In this document: in pieces, positions 1-8,482 of the stretch | How positions within the stretch are numbered: position 1 is the stretch's first letter | Layout of the letters: each line of letters opens with the position of its first letter | IMG/VR virus record: IMGVR_UViG_3300012232_000019 | Span: 1-48,151 of that record | Strand: one strand, 5' to 3' | Length of the DNA: 48,151 nt | DNA from: a virus | Lineage: Duplodnaviria; Caudoviricetes | The notes under the pieces: generated by a model | The model's input: the letters and a program-made list of their open reading frames with translations, nothing else | Database searches by the model: none | What the model was told of the DNA's origin: nothing | Made by a program: the position numbers and the translations under genes

Positions 1-1178
1 ATCTCGACATCTTCCCCATCACCATCATGAGCATCGACATGCTCGCTCGGGTAACGGCTAAGACGATCACCAAGAACGGTGTCGCAGGAACGCCCAACCC
101 GGAGTGCTGGCCTGAGGAAATCTGGGCCAACTACAAGACGGTCGTTGTCGACGAGTGCCAGAGCATCAAGAACCCTGATTCCCAGCGTTCGCAGGCTCTC
201 AAGAAGCATCTCGCCCACGTCAAGTATCGGCTCCCCATGAGCGGCACCGCAATCATGAACGCGGCGCACGAATACTTCCCGGTCCTGAACTTCATTCGAC
301 CAGATGTCTTTTCGAGCTACGCCGGCTTCATCAATCACGAAACCTACGGGCGGCGACTCGCGAACCCGGAGCGCTTCCACGAAAAGACAAAGAACTTCAT
401 CATTCGCAAGACTCGCGCCGAGGTTCTCCCGGACCTGCCGAAGATCATGCGGACGTTCCGTCCAATTCAGATGGACGACGAGGTTCTGATTCGGAAGTAT
501 CAGGAGACAGTCGACGAGTTCTCGAAGTGGATGGACGAGAACGAGGACAAGATGTCGCCTGCGGGCTACACCAACCTCCTCGCGTTCTTCGCGAAGATGC
601 GGAAGATTACAGGAGTCGCCAAGGTTCCTGCCGCAATCGACTACGTCGAGGAGTTCCTGCTGGAGTGCGACCGGAAGCTGGTCGTTTTCCTTCACCACAA
701 GGACGTTGCCACCCTCCTGACCAATCGTCTCAACAAGACGATGCGGGAGATGGGGCGCGGCCCGGTCCTGAGCTTCCACTCTGGCCTCGACTCCACCCAG
801 CGCCAGATGGTCATCGACGACTTCCACAAGCCCGAGCATCGCATCATGATAGCCTCCACGCTTGCGGCTGGTGAGGGCATCAACCTTCAGTGCTGCTCTG
901 ACTGCCTTATGTTGGAGCGTCAGTGGAACCCGGCCAAAGAGGAACAGGCTGAAGCCAGGTTCCCTCGGCCCGGTCAGAAGGCTGATAAGATCAACGCCAC
1001 CTACCTCACGGCGCTCGGCACGATTGACGAGTTCCTCGGGGAGATGGTCGAGGGCAAGCGAGCTGCGAACAAGAGCACCTTGGATAACAAGGAGCTGGAT
1101 TGGGACGAGTCTTCTCTGATGCGCGCTCTCGCCGATGCCATCTGGAAGGCTGGCAACAAGCGTTGGAACTACAAATGA
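1..1178 (+). CDS. SNF2-family helicase, C-terminal part (continues from 47737..48151 across the window junction)
   Basis: Walker B VVVDECQ, motif III MSGTAIMN, and C-terminal helicase motifs STLAAGEGINLQ and WNPAKEEQAEAR. The frame is open from base 1. Confidence 0.9.
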   Translation, partial: LDIFPITIMSIDMLARVTAKTITKNGVAGTPNPECWPEEIWANYKTVVVDECQSIKNPDSQRSQALKKHLAHVKYRLPMSGTAIMNAAHEYFPVLNFIRPDVFSSYAGFINHETYGRRLANPERFHEKTKNFIIRKTRAEVLPDLPKIMRTFRPIQMDDEVLIRKYQETVDEFSKWMDENEDKMSPAGYTNLLAFFAKMRKITGVAKVPAAIDYVEEFLLECDRKLVVFLHHKDVATLLTNRLNKTMREMGRGPVLSFHSGLDSTQRQMVIDDFHKPEHRIMIASTLAAGEGINLQCCSDCLMLERQWNPAKEEQAEARFPRPGQKADKINATYLTALGTIDEFLGEMVEGKRAANKSTLDNKELDWDESSLMRALADAIWKAGNKRWNYK

Positions 1179-1324
1179 GCAAGGTGCTCATGAGCCTGGG
1201 TGCCGGTGGTCTGATAGCGGGGTTCACGTGTGTGGACTCCGTTAACAGTCTTGCCACCATCACGGCGGCGGCGTTCGCGTTGGGTGTGGGTTTCATCCTG
1301 CCCATATTCAAGGAGAAGAAATGA
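1175..1324 (+). CDS. small hydrophobic/membrane protein (49 aa)
   Basis: ATG overlaps the helicase stop (ATGA). Hydrophobic stretches followed by a basic KEKK tail. Confidence 0.55.
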   Translation: MSKVLMSLGAGGLIAGFTCVDSVNSLATITAAAFALGVGFILPIFKEKK

Positions 1325-1563
1325 TAAAGGGGGTCACGCTCAACGAGGAACTGACCGGCATCATGGAGAAGAATGGCATGAACATGAAGTTCTATGACAT
1401 CCTTTGTCCAGTCTGTGGGAAGAAAACCGACTTGATGGTCGGCCCCACGGAAGACCTCGCGGTGCGGGTCGAGATTCACCTCGCAGAGCTTCAGGAGTAT
1501 CACAATCCAGTCGAGTGGGATGACCATCCTGACCAGACCAGCCCGGAGGACGCTTCGGGATAG
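1321..1563 (+). CDS. hypothetical protein with CxxC
   Basis: AGGAG RBS, ATGA overlap with the previous gene, CPVCG motif. Confidence 0.65.
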   Translation: MIKGVTLNEELTGIMEKNGMNMKFYDILCPVCGKKTDLMVGPTEDLAVRVEIHLAELQEYHNPVEWDDHPDQTSPEDASG

Positions 1564-1676
1564 AGGGTGCGGGGGGTTGATGGGGAGGCTTAGGCCGTTG
1601 AACTGTCATCACTCCGTGGATAGAACACCCTTGACGGGGAGTCGCTGACACTCCCCACTTCTTTTAGGAGGTAACG

Positions 1677-1844
1677 GTGCCGATGACGTTCTTTCAGAAT
1701 GCTGGCGCGTGGTATGTCCAGACGGACAAAGGAATCTGGCGAGTGAAGGAAGGCGAGGGTAAGAGGTTTGCTCTGGTCGTCGAACCCTTCCACAAGTTCA
1801 AGGAGGCGCACGGTGGCGGCACGAAGAAGTCAACCAAGAATTAA
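1677..1844 (+). CDS. small hypothetical protein (55 aa; below the ORF-track cutoff)
   Basis: AGGAGG at 1666, then GTG CCG ATG ACG TTC..., open to TAA at 1842-1844. Confidence 0.6.
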   Translation: MPMTFFQNAGAWYVQTDKGIWRVKEGEGKRFALVVEPFHKFKEAHGGGTKKSTKN

Positions 1845-2070
1845 GGGCACCTGTCGGCTACAGAAGCCGTCGGGATTGCTCCCAGTCGTAGAACACGGCT
1901 TGCAGACAATCGCGCGCCTCGAACAGAAGTCTGTCTCGTGGGTCATCGCTGAGATTGTCTCTGCCTACTTCAACCTCGACTCGGCGACTGGACTGCCCAT
2001 CACTGAGCGGCTGGCCCGTATGAATCTTACGGGGACGATTCGCAAGCGGCGTAAGGCAAAGGTTCGATAA
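1813..2070 (+). CDS. putative ribbon-helix-helix DNA-binding protein
   Basis: AGGAGG at 1801 before GTG 1813. LQTIARLEQKSVSWVIAEIVSAYF resembles the helix pair of CopG/Arc-type proteins. Confidence 0.55.
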   Translation: MAARRSQPRIKGTCRLQKPSGLLPVVEHGLQTIARLEQKSVSWVIAEIVSAYFNLDSATGLPITERLARMNLTGTIRKRRKAKVR

Positions 2071-2315
2071 TGCCAACGAGGCTCGGACCTTTCCAGTTCG
2101 TCTACACGGAGCGTGAGCAGAAGATGCGGGACACAATCGCGCACCTGATCAACAGGCATGGCCTGGCGCGCGCTCGTATCATCGTGAACAACGAATACCA
2201 CCGGGCAGCATTGCTCAAGGCAGACAGTGAGCCTGCAATCTGGTGGAACGACGTTCGTTGGCACATTCACGACATTACCTCGAACCTCCGGTGGGGTCAG
2301 GAGCGGGGACTGTGA
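2070..2315 (+). CDS. hypothetical protein
   Basis: TAATG coupling with the upstream gene; 81-aa ORF. Confidence 0.6.
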   Translation: MPTRLGPFQFVYTEREQKMRDTIAHLINRHGLARARIIVNNEYHRAALLKADSEPAIWWNDVRWHIHDITSNLRWGQERGL

Positions 2316-2815
2316 TTCATCGACCGATGGAGACTCCTGGGGCGGGGACGGTGCACTTCATCGAGCTGACCTGCGCCGACTTCGACTGTGAGATTGGAGT
2401 CCGATACAGTAACAAATGCAGTGAAGGGTGTGCGGACGGCATCAAGCTGTTCTTCACGCCCTCACTGCGTGGCTCGACTATCCACGCCAACGTCTGTGCT
2501 GGTCGGTGGGAGTTCGTCAACAAGCTCTCAAAGGAATGGTGGGCACGTAAGGCAGCCTCCGTTCTCGGATGGGACGAGTCGAAGATTCGTGAACAGACGG
2601 ATGCGGCATGGGCTATAAAAGTTCACAACGCGAACATTATGGCGAACTGGAAACCATCTGGTCGAGGTGCCTCACGCAAGCGTGGCGGTCCCTCCTGCAT
2701 GGTTTGTGGTAAGAGTGTAGACAGAGGCGTCGATATCTGCACCGCCTGCGTAGCCGAGAATGAGGGCAAGCCCAAGGTGGATGCTGGCTCTCTCGACGAC
2801 TTGGACAACTGGTAG
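2312..2815 (+). CDS. hypothetical Cys-rich protein with C-terminal zinc ribbon
   Basis: GTG overlaps the upstream stop; CMVCG...CTAC motif. Confidence 0.6.
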   Translation: MIHRPMETPGAGTVHFIELTCADFDCEIGVRYSNKCSEGCADGIKLFFTPSLRGSTIHANVCAGRWEFVNKLSKEWWARKAASVLGWDESKIREQTDAAWAIKVHNANIMANWKPSGRGASRKRGGPSCMVCGKSVDRGVDICTACVAENEGKPKVDAGSLDDLDNW

Positions 2816-2823
2816 GAGATAAC

Positions 2824-3285
2824 ATGGAACGTAGAGCTTTTCTCGTGAGCCTCGTGCCTCTAGCGGCATGTGCATGCGCCGACAGTTTCGACTGTGGGTC
2901 GGAGCCAAAGAATGCCGAGGACAAGAGACTTCAGATGCTGGAGTGCGAGGCACCGTCACCTGCACCGACACCCATTCCACCGGCACAGGTTGCCAACACC
3001 ATCGAGTTCCGTGTGTTGGGTGATGTCCTGTTCGACCCCGGCACGAACGGTGCGGAGATTCAGTTCGGCTCCACTCAGGAAGGCACGGCTCGGTTGCTCT
3101 CGACTCTGCCGTGGTTCTCGCAGACGAAGACGTTCAAGGACAGCCTGTTCATCGTCCTCAATGCTCAGGCATCTGGCTTCGGCGTGTTGCAGGCTCAGAT
3201 AATTGTCAACGGGGAACTGTTCAGGGAGGCGAGTGCGTCCGGGTTCAACCCCAAGGTGGCGTTGTCCGGTCTATTCGTGAAGTGA
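2824..3285 (+). CDS. putative lipoprotein
   Basis: AGGAG RBS. N-terminus MERRAFLVSLVPLAAC is a signal peptide with a lipobox-like LAAC. Pro-rich linker, then a beta-rich C-terminal domain. Confidence 0.65.
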   Translation: MERRAFLVSLVPLAACACADSFDCGSEPKNAEDKRLQMLECEAPSPAPTPIPPAQVANTIEFRVLGDVLFDPGTNGAEIQFGSTQEGTARLLSTLPWFSQTKTFKDSLFIVLNAQASGFGVLQAQIIVNGELFREASASGFNPKVALSGLFVK

Positions 3286-3467
3286 TGGAACACGGCTTAG
3301 TCTTCAGCAGCGAGGAGATTCTCGCACTCGATCACTACTTCATGCACCGTGCCGGGTGGATTGGCCACGAAGACCCGGCTGACGAAGCGGCGCACGGCTT
3401 GGCAAACCTCGTATCAGAGATAGCGGAGGAGATTAGAAAGAAAGATGCGAACGATAGCCCTCGATAG
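3285..3467 (+). CDS. hypothetical protein (60 aa)
   Basis: TGATG coupling to the lipoprotein stop. Confidence 0.55.
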   Translation: MEHGLVFSSEEILALDHYFMHRAGWIGHEDPADEAAHGLANLVSEIAEEIRKKDANDSPR

Positions 3468-4281
3468 CCAAGTGCTCAACGATGTGATGGCCTGTGGATA
3501 CAAGGCCTATCTACGTTTCGTTCGGCACAAGCAACCGGAGCACAAGGCGGAAGCCCTAGAGAAGGGCGACCTCATGCACCGGATGCTGAAGCATCACTAC
3601 ACGCAGATTCGTGCGGGACGGAAGGCAGAATACGGGGCCATCGTCAACGAGGCGGTGCAGGTCGGACTCAAGGCGGCGTCGGACATGGACCTCTCTCAGG
3701 GCGATGTTGCAGAGAACATCACGCAATATCGTGCCTACTCACTCTACTATCAGCAGGATGGTTGGGTGCCGATTGAGGTCGAACAGGTGTTTTCCAAGGT
3801 GCTCTATGAATCCGAAGAGAAGCAGATTCGTATCATCTACGAAGGCATCATCGACATGGTGGCCCAGACGCCGGGTGGCACTGCCATCATCGATCACAAG
3901 ACGAGCAGGATGAGGAAGCAGCCCTTCCTGCTTTCGACCCAGTTCATGGGTTACTCGTGGGCAATGAATGTCCCGCACGTCGTCGTCAACAAGATTGGGT
4001 TCCAGAAAACTCTGGCACCCAAGGAACGGTTCAATCGGTATCGGATGCCGTATCAGAAGGCGCACCTTGAACAGTGGAAGAAGGACGCCATCTACTACGC
4101 ACATCTGCTCATCTCGTGGATGGATCAGGGATACTTCCCGATGAACTACACGAGCTGCGACAAGTATGGCGGCTGCATCTTCCAGCCTGTGTGTGGTTCG
4201 ATTCCCGAGGTCCGGGAGCACAAGCTGTCGATGCTGTTCAAGGAAGGCAAGCCCTGGTCTCCGCACACTAGGGACGAGTAA
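3445..4281 (+). CDS. PD-(D/E)XK exonuclease (RecB/Cas4-like phage nuclease)
   Basis: GDLMH, EVEQ...GIIDMV...IIDHKTS, QFMGY. One N-terminal Cys plus C-terminal C..C..C suggest an Fe-S staple. Confidence 0.85.
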   Translation: MRTIALDSQVLNDVMACGYKAYLRFVRHKQPEHKAEALEKGDLMHRMLKHHYTQIRAGRKAEYGAIVNEAVQVGLKAASDMDLSQGDVAENITQYRAYSLYYQQDGWVPIEVEQVFSKVLYESEEKQIRIIYEGIIDMVAQTPGGTAIIDHKTSRMRKQPFLLSTQFMGYSWAMNVPHVVVNKIGFQKTLAPKERFNRYRMPYQKAHLEQWKKDAIYYAHLLISWMDQGYFPMNYTSCDKYGGCIFQPVCGSIPEVREHKLSMLFKEGKPWSPHTRDE

Positions 4282-4299
4282 CGGTAACGGAGGCGAACG

Positions 4300-4665
4300 A
4301 TGGCGAAGAAAAGACCACAAAATCACGTTCACAAATACATCCTGAAGGTGATGCAGCCGAGTGGCTACAAGGTGTATATGTGTGCGCTCGAAGATTGCAG
4401 CCACTACATCGAAGCCATGCTGGCTCAGGGCAAACAGTCCATTTGCTGGCGATGCGGTGAAGTGTGCTACGTTGCGCTCACGAGGACTGGCAGGGAGATC
4501 AAGCGGCCACACTGCCTGACCTGCGTCAAGGTCTACAACAAGAGGGACGTCGCGGGCAAGCCTGTGATTGACGTGAAAAAGATCGCGGAAATGTCATGGG
4601 ACGATTTGCTCGGCGGCGACCAGAGATTCGTCCCCAACAGCAAGAAGAAAAAGGACGAGGACTGA
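4300..4665 (+). CDS. hypothetical Cys/His-rich (zinc-binding) protein
   Basis: GGAGG RBS; HVH, CxxxxC, CWRCG and CLTC motifs. Confidence 0.7.
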   Translation: MAKKRPQNHVHKYILKVMQPSGYKVYMCALEDCSHYIEAMLAQGKQSICWRCGEVCYVALTRTGREIKRPHCLTCVKVYNKRDVAGKPVIDVKKIAEMSWDDLLGGDQRFVPNSKKKKDED

Positions 4666-4666
4666 G

Positions 4667-4762
4667 ATGTTCCGAATCCCCGTCGTCTCGTGGCTCATTG
4701 AGCACATTCGGTGGGCCATCTCGGAGTGGAAGTATCAGCGTTGGCTGAGGAGGTATGAGTAG
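4667..4762 (+). CDS. possible 31-aa Trp-rich peptide
   Basis: MFRIPVVSWLIEHIRWAISEWKYQRWLRRYE fills the gap exactly, and its stop overlaps the next GTG. Confidence 0.4.
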   Translation: MFRIPVVSWLIEHIRWAISEWKYQRWLRRYE

Positions 4763-5574
4763 TGCCGAACACGAAGGACATCGACCTAGGGCAGCGCATC
4801 ATGGCGTTGTTCATGGGTTCGACCGGCGACGGCAAGTCCGTTGCTGCAGCGAGCTTCCCGAAGCCCATCAAGTTCTTCGACTTCGATGGTCGGATGAAGC
4901 CAATCAAGCTCTTCTATCCCAACGATGACATTAGCTACGTCACCGTCGGGCCGAAGGCTATCCCTGCGAAGGGCATCATCGACTTCCTTGAGTTCTGTCA
5001 GGAGTTCGAGAACCTGCAGGACAAGTGCCCCTGGGCCACCGTGGTGCTCGACAGCTTCACGAACATGTCGAACACCGCCATCACCTACCAACTTCGGGTG
5101 CGTGGTGGCTTCGACGACTTCAAGGGCAAGAAGACTTTGAGCGGCCTCCCCATTCCCGGCTTCGACGAATACAACGGCGAGACGACGAGCCTGTCTCAGA
5201 TTCTCGACGTGGCGAAGATTCTGCCCTGCAACATGATTGTGACCGCGCACCCCATCCAGAAGATGATGGATGAAGGTGGCAAGACCAAGCGATACACGAG
5301 CATGGCGTCATACGGGAACAAGATCGCCAGCATCGCACCGTCATACTTTGACGAAATCTGGGCGTTCGAGCGTGACGGTGAGCAGCTTGACTCGAAGCGA
5401 CTGGTCTGGACTGGTGGACGAGCCATGACCAAGACCGCGCTCCCTGTCCCCGGAGTCTTTGACATTACCAACCGCCGTCTGTATCCTCTGGTCAAACAGG
5501 CTATCGAGGCACACGGCATCAAGCTCGCTGAGAAAGCAGCCTCAGCAGACACGGAGGTCGCACAACCAGCATAA
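4762..5574 (+). CDS. AAA-family ATPase (Sak4/AAA_24-like recombination protein)
   Basis: Walker A GSTGDGKS, Walker B TVVLDS, IVTAH. Sits between the exonuclease and the SSB-like gene. Confidence 0.8.
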   Translation: MPNTKDIDLGQRIMALFMGSTGDGKSVAAASFPKPIKFFDFDGRMKPIKLFYPNDDISYVTVGPKAIPAKGIIDFLEFCQEFENLQDKCPWATVVLDSFTNMSNTAITYQLRVRGGFDDFKGKKTLSGLPIPGFDEYNGETTSLSQILDVAKILPCNMIVTAHPIQKMMDEGGKTKRYTSMASYGNKIASIAPSYFDEIWAFERDGEQLDSKRLVWTGGRAMTKTALPVPGVFDITNRRLYPLVKQAIEAHGIKLAEKAASADTEVAQPA

Positions 5575-5627
5575 GGCTGCGGTAACGGGTCAACAAGACG
5601 AAACCTCTAACTCGTAGGAGAAGAACA

Positions 5628-6068
5628 GTGGCTGAATCTCTTCGCATGACAATCACGCCAGCCGACGTGAAGCGCAACAAGATTGTGCAGGGTGGCTGGT
5701 ATCAGAGCAAGGTCGTCGACGTGTCCATCGAGAAGTCCAAGAAGGACCCCTCCTCGAACAACGTCGTCCTCGACGTGGAGGGCATGGAGGGTGCGTCGGA
5801 AGGTGCGCGCGCCACCACCTGGTTCCCGGAGAAGTATCCGGCGATGGCCCAGACGTTCGTGGAAGCGATCACCGGCGCCAAGCTGGACGAGAACTCCGGC
5901 GCTGACTTCGTGTTCGGTCCGAACCTCAAGGGCAAGATGGTTCTCGCCCTCTGGGAGCCGGGCGAATACAACGGCCGCAAGACGAACAACATCCGCGACT
6001 GGGCGCCGGTCACTGACCTCGCCGCTGCGGCTGCACAGGCGTCCAACGTGCCGGACGCCGAGTTCTAG
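5628..6068 (+). CDS. putative single-stranded DNA-binding protein (DUF669-like)
   Basis: GWYQSKVVDV...GEYNGRKTNNI pattern, acidic/aromatic end DAEF, adjacent to the Sak4-like ATPase. Confidence 0.65.
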   Translation: MAESLRMTITPADVKRNKIVQGGWYQSKVVDVSIEKSKKDPSSNNVVLDVEGMEGASEGARATTWFPEKYPAMAQTFVEAITGAKLDENSGADFVFGPNLKGKMVLALWEPGEYNGRKTNNIRDWAPVTDLAAAAAQASNVPDAEF

Positions 6069-6107
6069 ACCTCTCAGACTCTCTTGGGTTCCCCTTGGGA
6101 GAGTCGG

Positions 6108-6143
6108 CGCGGTGTGGTCCCGAGCCGTGGGAGAAATCGGGGC
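6108..6143 (+). ncRNA. candidate H-type RNA pseudoknot
   Basis: Stem 1 CGCGGT 6108-13 / GCCGTG 6124-29. Stem 2 GTCCCGA 6117-23 / TCGGGGC 6137-43. Preceded by hairpin 6077-6105. Confidence 0.45.
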
Positions 6144-6170
6144 ATCTCTCTAACCTTTCAGGAGCGTGTG

Positions 6171-6353
6171 ATGAAGTATCTGATGAGCGGCGTGGACAAC
6201 GATGAGGCGGAAGTGGACGAGCAGGACTTGGCTGAGGCGAACGCGGACCTCACCGACGACGACGAGGACGCCAGCGAGGAGGCCAGCGAGGAGACCCAGG
6301 AAGACGACCTCGACAGCCTCGACGAGCTGAACGACATCCCCGCCAAGCAGTAG
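6171..6353 (+). CDS. small highly acidic protein (60 aa)
   Basis: AGGAG RBS; about 25 of 60 residues are Asp/Glu. Confidence 0.7.
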   Translation: MKYLMSGVDNDEAEVDEQDLAEANADLTDDDEDASEEASEETQEDDLDSLDELNDIPAKQ

Positions 6354-6374
6354 GGCGAGGGCACGAGGGGACGG

Positions 6375-6406
6375 GGGGTAGCCTTGACCGGGGCTATCCC
6401 CTTTTT
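6375..6406 (+). terminator. Rho-independent terminator
   Basis: GGGGTAGCC / GGCTATCCCC stem followed by TTTTT. Confidence 0.75.
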
Positions 6407-6472
6407 CCATTGGAGGTGATGAAACAAGATAAAGTGTGGGTGTAGATTAATCCGAGCATAGGAGAGATAGAC

Positions 6473-7129
6473 ATGAGACTCGCGCGCATTGGAGTTGCCC
6501 TTGTGGCAGCTCTGCTCCTCAGCACCGTGGCCCGCGCTGACCAGATTGTCGGCTTCGGGCAGCTTGGCTCTCTCAACACGTTCACCTCGACGAACAACGG
6601 GGATGGGACGACTTCGCTCGACGTCTTCACCGGCGTTTCGATCACGAACATCATCTCGGGCGCGACGGACCCGAATGCGTTGTTCTTTTTCGAGGCCGAG
6701 AGCGTCGGTGCGGCCAACGTGGGGCTGCTTATCTCACAGGAGTTTGAAGGGACATTCAACCTCACGAACTTCGACGGGAGTATCAGCTACTTGTCTGGTG
6801 TCTTCGGTGGCGCACTGACGCTCGGAGGGGATGGTGGAACAAGCGCACTGTTCACTGCCAACACCTCACCGTTTGGTCCTTTGACGTTCGCAACGGACCT
6901 GCCGGTAATCCTCGGTGACCCGCTGGCCTTCAGCTTGTCACTGTCCAACGTCGCACCGCCACTGAGTGTGGTAGGCGGCAGTTTGGGGACGTTCTCCGCG
7001 AGCTTCACCGGCACTGCGTCGGCGGATACTCCGGACGTTCCCGTTCCCGAACCGGCGACTTTGACGATGCTCGGGATGGGCCTCGTCGGGTTGGCTGGTG
7101 CAGCACGTCGGCGTCTGTTCCGTAGTTAG
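6473..7129 (+). CDS. PEP-CTERM sorting-domain surface protein
   Basis: Signal peptide ending ARA-D. C-terminal VPEPATLTMLGMGLVGLAGAARRR has the PEP motif, a transmembrane helix and an Arg cluster. Confidence 0.9.
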   Translation: MRLARIGVALVAALLLSTVARADQIVGFGQLGSLNTFTSTNNGDGTTSLDVFTGVSITNIISGATDPNALFFFEAESVGAANVGLLISQEFEGTFNLTNFDGSISYLSGVFGGALTLGGDGGTSALFTANTSPFGPLTFATDLPVILGDPLAFSLSLSNVAPPLSVVGGSLGTFSASFTGTASADTPDVPVPEPATLTMLGMGLVGLAGAARRRLFRS

Positions 7130-7138
7130 TCGAGGGTT

Positions 7139-7177
7139 GGGGCCGGGAGACATAACGAATCCTGGCCCCATCACTTT
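7139..7177 (+). terminator. stem-loop after the PEP-CTERM gene (possible weak terminator or processing site)
   Basis: TGGGGCCGGGA / TCCTGGCCCCA inverted repeat with a short T tract. Confidence 0.45.
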
Positions 7178-7186
7178 GGAGAGAAC

Positions 7187-8482
7187 ATGCAGATACCTGT
7201 AGAGCGTATTACGAACAACATCTCAGTGTCGTGGGAAAGCGACAAGGAACGTGACGAGTTCCTCGAATCGCTCCGTGAGCAGGGCCAGCTCCACGCCATT
7301 ATTGTTCGTCCGCTGAACAATATCTTGGATGGCTACGAGGTGGTCACCGGGGCCAAGAGATACGAAGCAGCCAAGCTACTCGGCTGGACCGAGATGGACG
7401 CTGAGGTCAAGGAACCGAACGACGTCGACGCCAAGATTATGAGGGTTCACGAAAACCTCCACAGACATAATCTTCCCTGGTATGAAGCTGTCGTGCTAGT
7501 TCAGCAGTTGCACGAGCTTCGTCAGCAGCAGCATGGCAAGAAGGAAGGCGTCGGACGTCCGAAGAAGGATGAGAAGGTGTGGGGCGTTCGAGAAACGGCT
7601 TCGGAGCTGAGCCTCTCCATCGGCGGGGTCAGCGAGGACTTGAGCCTTGCTCGGGCGGTGCAATACGACCCATCCCTCAAGAACATCAAGGACCGCAAGA
7701 CAGCTATCAAGCTCGTCCGTTCCGCGGCGCGTCGGATGCAGAACGAGACGATGGCAGCGATGACGGACATCGAAGTTGGCTTCAACGAGGTTTACCTCGG
7801 GGACAGCGCGGAGGTCCTGAGCCACTTCCCCGATGAGACATTCGATGTCTGCATCACCGACCCACCGTGGTTGAACTTCTTCGACCCCAGCTTGACGGTG
7901 GACAAGCGAACCCTTCCAGTCTTCGAGCAGCTGTGGCGGGTTCTCAAGAGCGACGCTTTCCTGTTTGTAATCGTTTCGGTGGACGACTTCGTCTACTATG
8001 GTGGTTACGACTACCTCAACGATTCCGGCCAGAAAGTCCACCGGCTCGGCGCGCTGGAGAAGCTCGGATTCAAGATTGCCAAGACACCTGTCTTCTGGCA
8101 GAAGCAGAACAGCCTCTCTCGACGCGGCGTCAAAACCTGGGAGTATGACCGTGACTTCGAGTTCGTTCTGGTTGCGGCGAAGGGTTCTCCAGTTCTTGCT
8201 CGGACTGGTAACATCTCGGCTTTCAAACCTTTCCCGCAGGTGCCCCCCGCGCACCTCATCCACCCCAACGAGAAGCCCATCGGACTCATCACCGACCTTC
8301 TCGAAGATTGCTGCTTCAAAGGAAGCATTGTCGTCGACCCATTCGGAGGTAGTGGTGTCACTGCTGCTGCCTGTGCGCTATCCGAAAGACGTTATGTGGC
8401 TATCGAGCGAGACAAACAATTCTACGACGGAATCGTAGGACGGCTCGCCAAGATCAAGGAAGCGAAGGAGAAGGTGTCGTGA
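7187..8482 (+). CDS. ParB-like N-terminal domain fused to an N4/N6 DNA methyltransferase (beta class)
   Basis: ParB-type LREQGQLHAIIVR...VVTGAKRYEA...ENLHR. MTase motif IV ITDPPW comes before HPNEKP and motif I VVDPFGGSG. Confidence 0.88.
   Translation: MQIPVERITNNISVSWESDKERDEFLESLREQGQLHAIIVRPLNNILDGYEVVTGAKRYEAAKLLGWTEMDAEVKEPNDVDAKIMRVHENLHRHNLPWYEAVVLVQQLHELRQQQHGKKEGVGRPKKDEKVWGVRETASELSLSIGGVSEDLSLARAVQYDPSLKNIKDRKTAIKLVRSAARRMQNETMAAMTDIEVGFNEVYLGDSAEVLSHFPDETFDVCITDPPWLNFFDPSLTVDKRTLPVFEQLWRVLKSDAFLFVIVSVDDFVYYGGYDYLNDSGQKVHRLGALEKLGFKIAKTPVFWQKQNSLSRRGVKTWEYDRDFEFVLVAAKGSPVLARTGNISAFKPFPQVPPAHLIHPNEKPIGLITDLLEDCCFKGSIVVDPFGGSGVTAAACALSERRYVAIERDKQFYDGIVGRLAKIKEAKEKVS

Noticed and set aside
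1564-1665. Structured RNA or riboswitch in the intergenic gap
   Set aside because: Only a GGGGAGT/ACTCCCC hairpin with a T-rich tail is clear, which fits a simple terminator. No known consensus was recognised.
3445-4281. Cas4 as part of a CRISPR system
   Set aside because: It is a stand-alone PD-(D/E)XK nuclease in a standard nuclease-ATPase-SSB recombination module.
6105-6155. Twister ribozyme (GGUCCCGAGCC resembles a twister segment)
   Set aside because: The cleavage-site strand and second pseudoknot could not be built. Kept only as a generic pseudoknot.
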